Part shown: positions 61,997 to 64,000 of the stretch, one piece after another | Layout of the letters: each line of letters opens with the position of its first letter | How positions within the stretch are numbered: position 1 is the stretch's first letter | IMG/VR virus record: IMGVR_UViG_3300049855_000474 | Location: 1 to 64,000 of that record | Direction: 5' to 3' (one strand) | Length of the DNA stretch: 64,000 bases | Source: a virus | Translations under genes and position numbers: made by a program | The notes under the pieces: generated by a model | The model's database searches: none | What the model saw: the letters and a program-made list of their open reading frames with translations, nothing else | What the model was told of the DNA's origin: nothing

Positions 61997-62236
61997 TTAA
62001 GCCAAATCCTGAAGAGTATCACCACCAGCCATCTGGGTAAGCTCATTGTGCTTCGCCCAAAGCTGAGCCAAAGCACTGTGCGCCTTAGGCAACTTGTCCT
62101 TACCTATTTTACCAGATTGTAGGTTTAATGAGATCTTATGAATAAGATTCTCAATATCCTTCAGTTCCTCAGGTCCAGCAAGCTTCTCAATAGCCGCCGC
62201 CACAACATACACTCGCTTTTGTAGATCTTTACGCAT
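61997..62236 (-). CDS. Small protein of MRx(D/E)LQKR family
   Basis: MRKDLQKRVYVVAAA; AGGA SD. Confidence 0.65.
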   Translation of the reverse strand: MRKDLQKRVYVVAAAIEKLAGPEELKDIENLIHKISLNLQSGKIGKDKLPKAHSALAQLWAKHNELTQMAGGDTLQDLA

Positions 62237-62294
62237 TCTTCTTATTCCTGTGAAAATCTCCAGAAAATGGAGAAATTGTAGATCGCTTACAGAA

Positions 62295-62420
62295 TTATAT
62301 AACCAGGTCTTCCAATTTAGTGCAATAGGAGAGAAGATCTTCTAAACTGGTGACTGGGTACTTGGAAAGGTCTTTCCTAAGTAAGAAAATTGTTTTATTG
62401 GCTAATTCAGGGCATTCCAT
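62295..62420 (-). CDS. 41-aa ORF whose SD and start codon come from the IS right end
   Basis: GGAGGATGTCA-ATG then ECPELANKTIFLLRKDL...EDLVI stop. Confidence 0.35.
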   Translation of the reverse strand: MECPELANKTIFLLRKDLSKYPVTSLEDLLSYCTKLEDLVI

Positions 62421-62600
62421 TGACATCCTCCCCTTCTCTAAAGAAGGAGATTCCTAACTCACTTCAGAGCCTACCGTTAGACAGCAGGAACAGGTTTGGC
62501 TTGTGAGGTACTCATTTACCTCAGTGTAAGTCCCTGAGCGCCTAATGGCTTTGTACTTCAGGAACGTCCTTAGCATAGCCCAACCAGCGTTAGTAAACAT
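62420..62600 (-). mobile_element. IS200/IS605-family tnpB scar (internally deleted) with intact right end
   Basis: Fragment NAGWAMLRTFLKYKA..EVNEYLTSQTCSCC; right end GGAATCTCCTTCTTTAGAGAAGGGGAGGATGTCAA. Confidence 0.85.
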
Positions 62601-62613
62601 AAGTCCTTGTAAT

Positions 62614-63360
62614 TTATAGCTTATCCCAAGGAGAGCGCCAACGATCATATGCAGTATGATCGGCGGGGCAAACTCCAGGCAAAATTGAAGTTTCAATGTA
62701 GTTTAAATTAAAACAATTTTCATACAATAGTTGTCCGTTGACAACCTGTCCCTTACCTTTACCGTGCTGCATGTGACTACAAGCAATTCGTCCATTAGGA
62801 CTAGTAGCCCCACAACCCGGATAAGAACATTCCGTATAACCAACAAAGGCTCCCATAGAAAAACCAAGACGATCACCACGCAACATTTGCGCAATCATCT
62901 CTGGATCCTTTGTGCGATCCCAAGCAGCAAGTACTACAATTTTGTACTGACCATTAGCTAGCTTCTGTAGTGATGCATCAAGATGCACACCACGGGCTTT
63001 ACGGATGTCCTTGTTGTCGTGATCTCGATGTGTCGGCTTGGAAATAAATGTTTGATAGGCAATTCTTCCAATGTCGGGATTGAACGCTGACACAGCATCA
63101 AAAGTAAAAGCATCAAGGTTTCGATTGGGGACATCTACTGTCACAATGGGGATTTCATTGATGATGTAATCTTTAATATCTGGTGATATATGATACTTTT
63201 CAGCGGCTAGGGGTAGCCAACTGATATCAATGTGTCCGGTTTTATTGAAGATATGGTTTGATGCCATACGGAGCTTACCGGTGGTAGGGTCCCGGAATTG
63301 CTCGCACTTATGCCCTTCGAACTGTCGAGTGGCTGGGGTGGTTTCACCTAGTTTTATCAT
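62614..63360 (-). CDS. Putative prohead maturation protease with Zn-finger
   Basis: PNRNLDAF, HRDHDN, GFSMG, CS..C...C.H, ETS..PAD; position in head module. Confidence 0.65.
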   Translation of the reverse strand: MIKLGETTPATRQFEGHKCEQFRDPTTGKLRMASNHIFNKTGHIDISWLPLAAEKYHISPDIKDYIINEIPIVTVDVPNRNLDAFTFDAVSAFNPDIGRIAYQTFISKPTHRDHDNKDIRKARGVHLDASLQKLANGQYKIVVLAAWDRTKDPEMIAQMLRGDRLGFSMGAFVGYTECSYPGCGATSPNGRIACSHMQHGKGKGQVVNGQLLYENCFNLNYIETSILPGVCPADHTAYDRWRSPWDKL

Positions 63361-63420
63361 TTATGAAGCCTTTTCACGTAGCAATTAGAGCAATAACCCT
63401 TACATAATAGATAATCTTAG

Positions 63421-63999
63421 TTATTTCATCTTTTTCAGGGCATTAGAATCATCAATGAAACCAGTGAGAAGTCTATCACCGCCGCGTTCGCCGGGAATAG
63501 AAACTCTACTGAAGTCAATGGGCATAGCGGGTTTTGGTTTCTCTACTGCCCCTGGTGCTTCTGGACGAACAAGGGTGTAGGCATAGACATACTGAAGTTC
63601 TGTCTTGAGCGCTGTCTTATCATGAATAGAATCTAGTAGCCCGTCAGTAATATCAGAAGCGATATCTTGACTTAGGGTGATACCGTGAAGTAGACCAGCG
63701 CGAGCAAGTAGGTACTGCAGCACTTGGTCTCTCTTGACATTTCCGGTATCAATGATACTGGAAACTCTTTTTTGCTTGCCGACGACTTTGCTGGATTGGT
63801 TACCGAGATAATCCAGCAATACTTTGGTCGAGTATTCAGCCTGTTCCCTGGTTATACCTAGGAACGAGCCTCGGATAAAATGAGGGAGAGTAGCTACAGC
63901 AGCGATGGAATCCCCATAATCAGAAGTAGTTGTTTCTTTTACGGAGGCTCCAAGAGTGGGAAGTGAGATATTAGAAGGTGCTCCACCTGGGGCACCTCC
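63421..63999 (-). CDS. C-terminal part of a longer gene running off the window (probably portal)
   Basis: Frame open to window end (GGAPGGAPSNISLPTLG...); directly upstream of protease. Confidence 0.45.
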   Translation of the reverse strand, partial: GGAPGGAPSNISLPTLGASVKETTTSDYGDSIAAVATLPHFIRGSFLGITREQAEYSTKVLLDYLGNQSSKVVGKQKRVSSIIDTGNVKRDQVLQYLLARAGLLHGITLSQDIASDITDGLLDSIHDKTALKTELQYVYAYTLVRPEAPGAVEKPKPAMPIDFSRVSIPGERGGDRLLTGFIDDSNALKKMK

Positions 64000-64000
64000 T

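Noticed and set aside
1-64000. CRISPR array, rRNA, integrase, or genome-wide stop-codon reassignment
   Set aside because: No repeat-spacer array, rRNA or recombinase seen; conserved genes are full length in the standard code and end at TAA, TAG and TGA

Overview
This 64 kb window is part of a large (jumbo-type) contractile-tailed dsDNA phage genome in the standard genetic code. It is densely coding and mostly on the + strand. Left to right: (i) the end of a virion-protein block; (ii) a replication and host-takeover region with DnaJ, a family-A DNA polymerase carrying an N-terminal family-4 UDG domain and a LAGLIDADG intein, peptide deformylase, a three-gene sensorless histidine kinase / Rcp1-like receiver / REC-GGDEF diguanylate cyclase cassette, a 5'-nucleotidase, a solo IS607-like tnpB, a SLOG protein, a DNA methyltransferase, an RRM protein, a short TilS, phosphoesterases, dNMP kinase, dUTPase, a DnaX-like clamp loader and a thermonuclease; (iii) a tail module with sheath, tube, a tail-assembly chaperone with a -1 frameshift site, and tape measure; (iv) PhoH, an orphan HigA-like HTH, an HNH-RHH protein, three tRNAs (Asn, Phe, Lys), VanW, a cREC domain, a vWA/metallopeptidase + MoxR + zincin cluster and a sigma-70-like protein; (v) a minus-strand head module (probable portal C-terminus, prohead protease, scaffold-like and decoration-like genes) containing an IS605 tnpB scar. 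The most notable item is the phage-borne phosphorelay-to-c-di-GMP cassette with its own host-type promoter. Also notable are a family of dispersed virion-region proteins sharing an N-terminal MRx(D/E)LQKR signal, a candidate late-promoter motif, and several recoding or slippage sites. All calls come from reading motifs by eye; no database searches were run. The host is not determined, although the host-like genes are compatible with Myxococcota or other deltaproteobacteria (inference).
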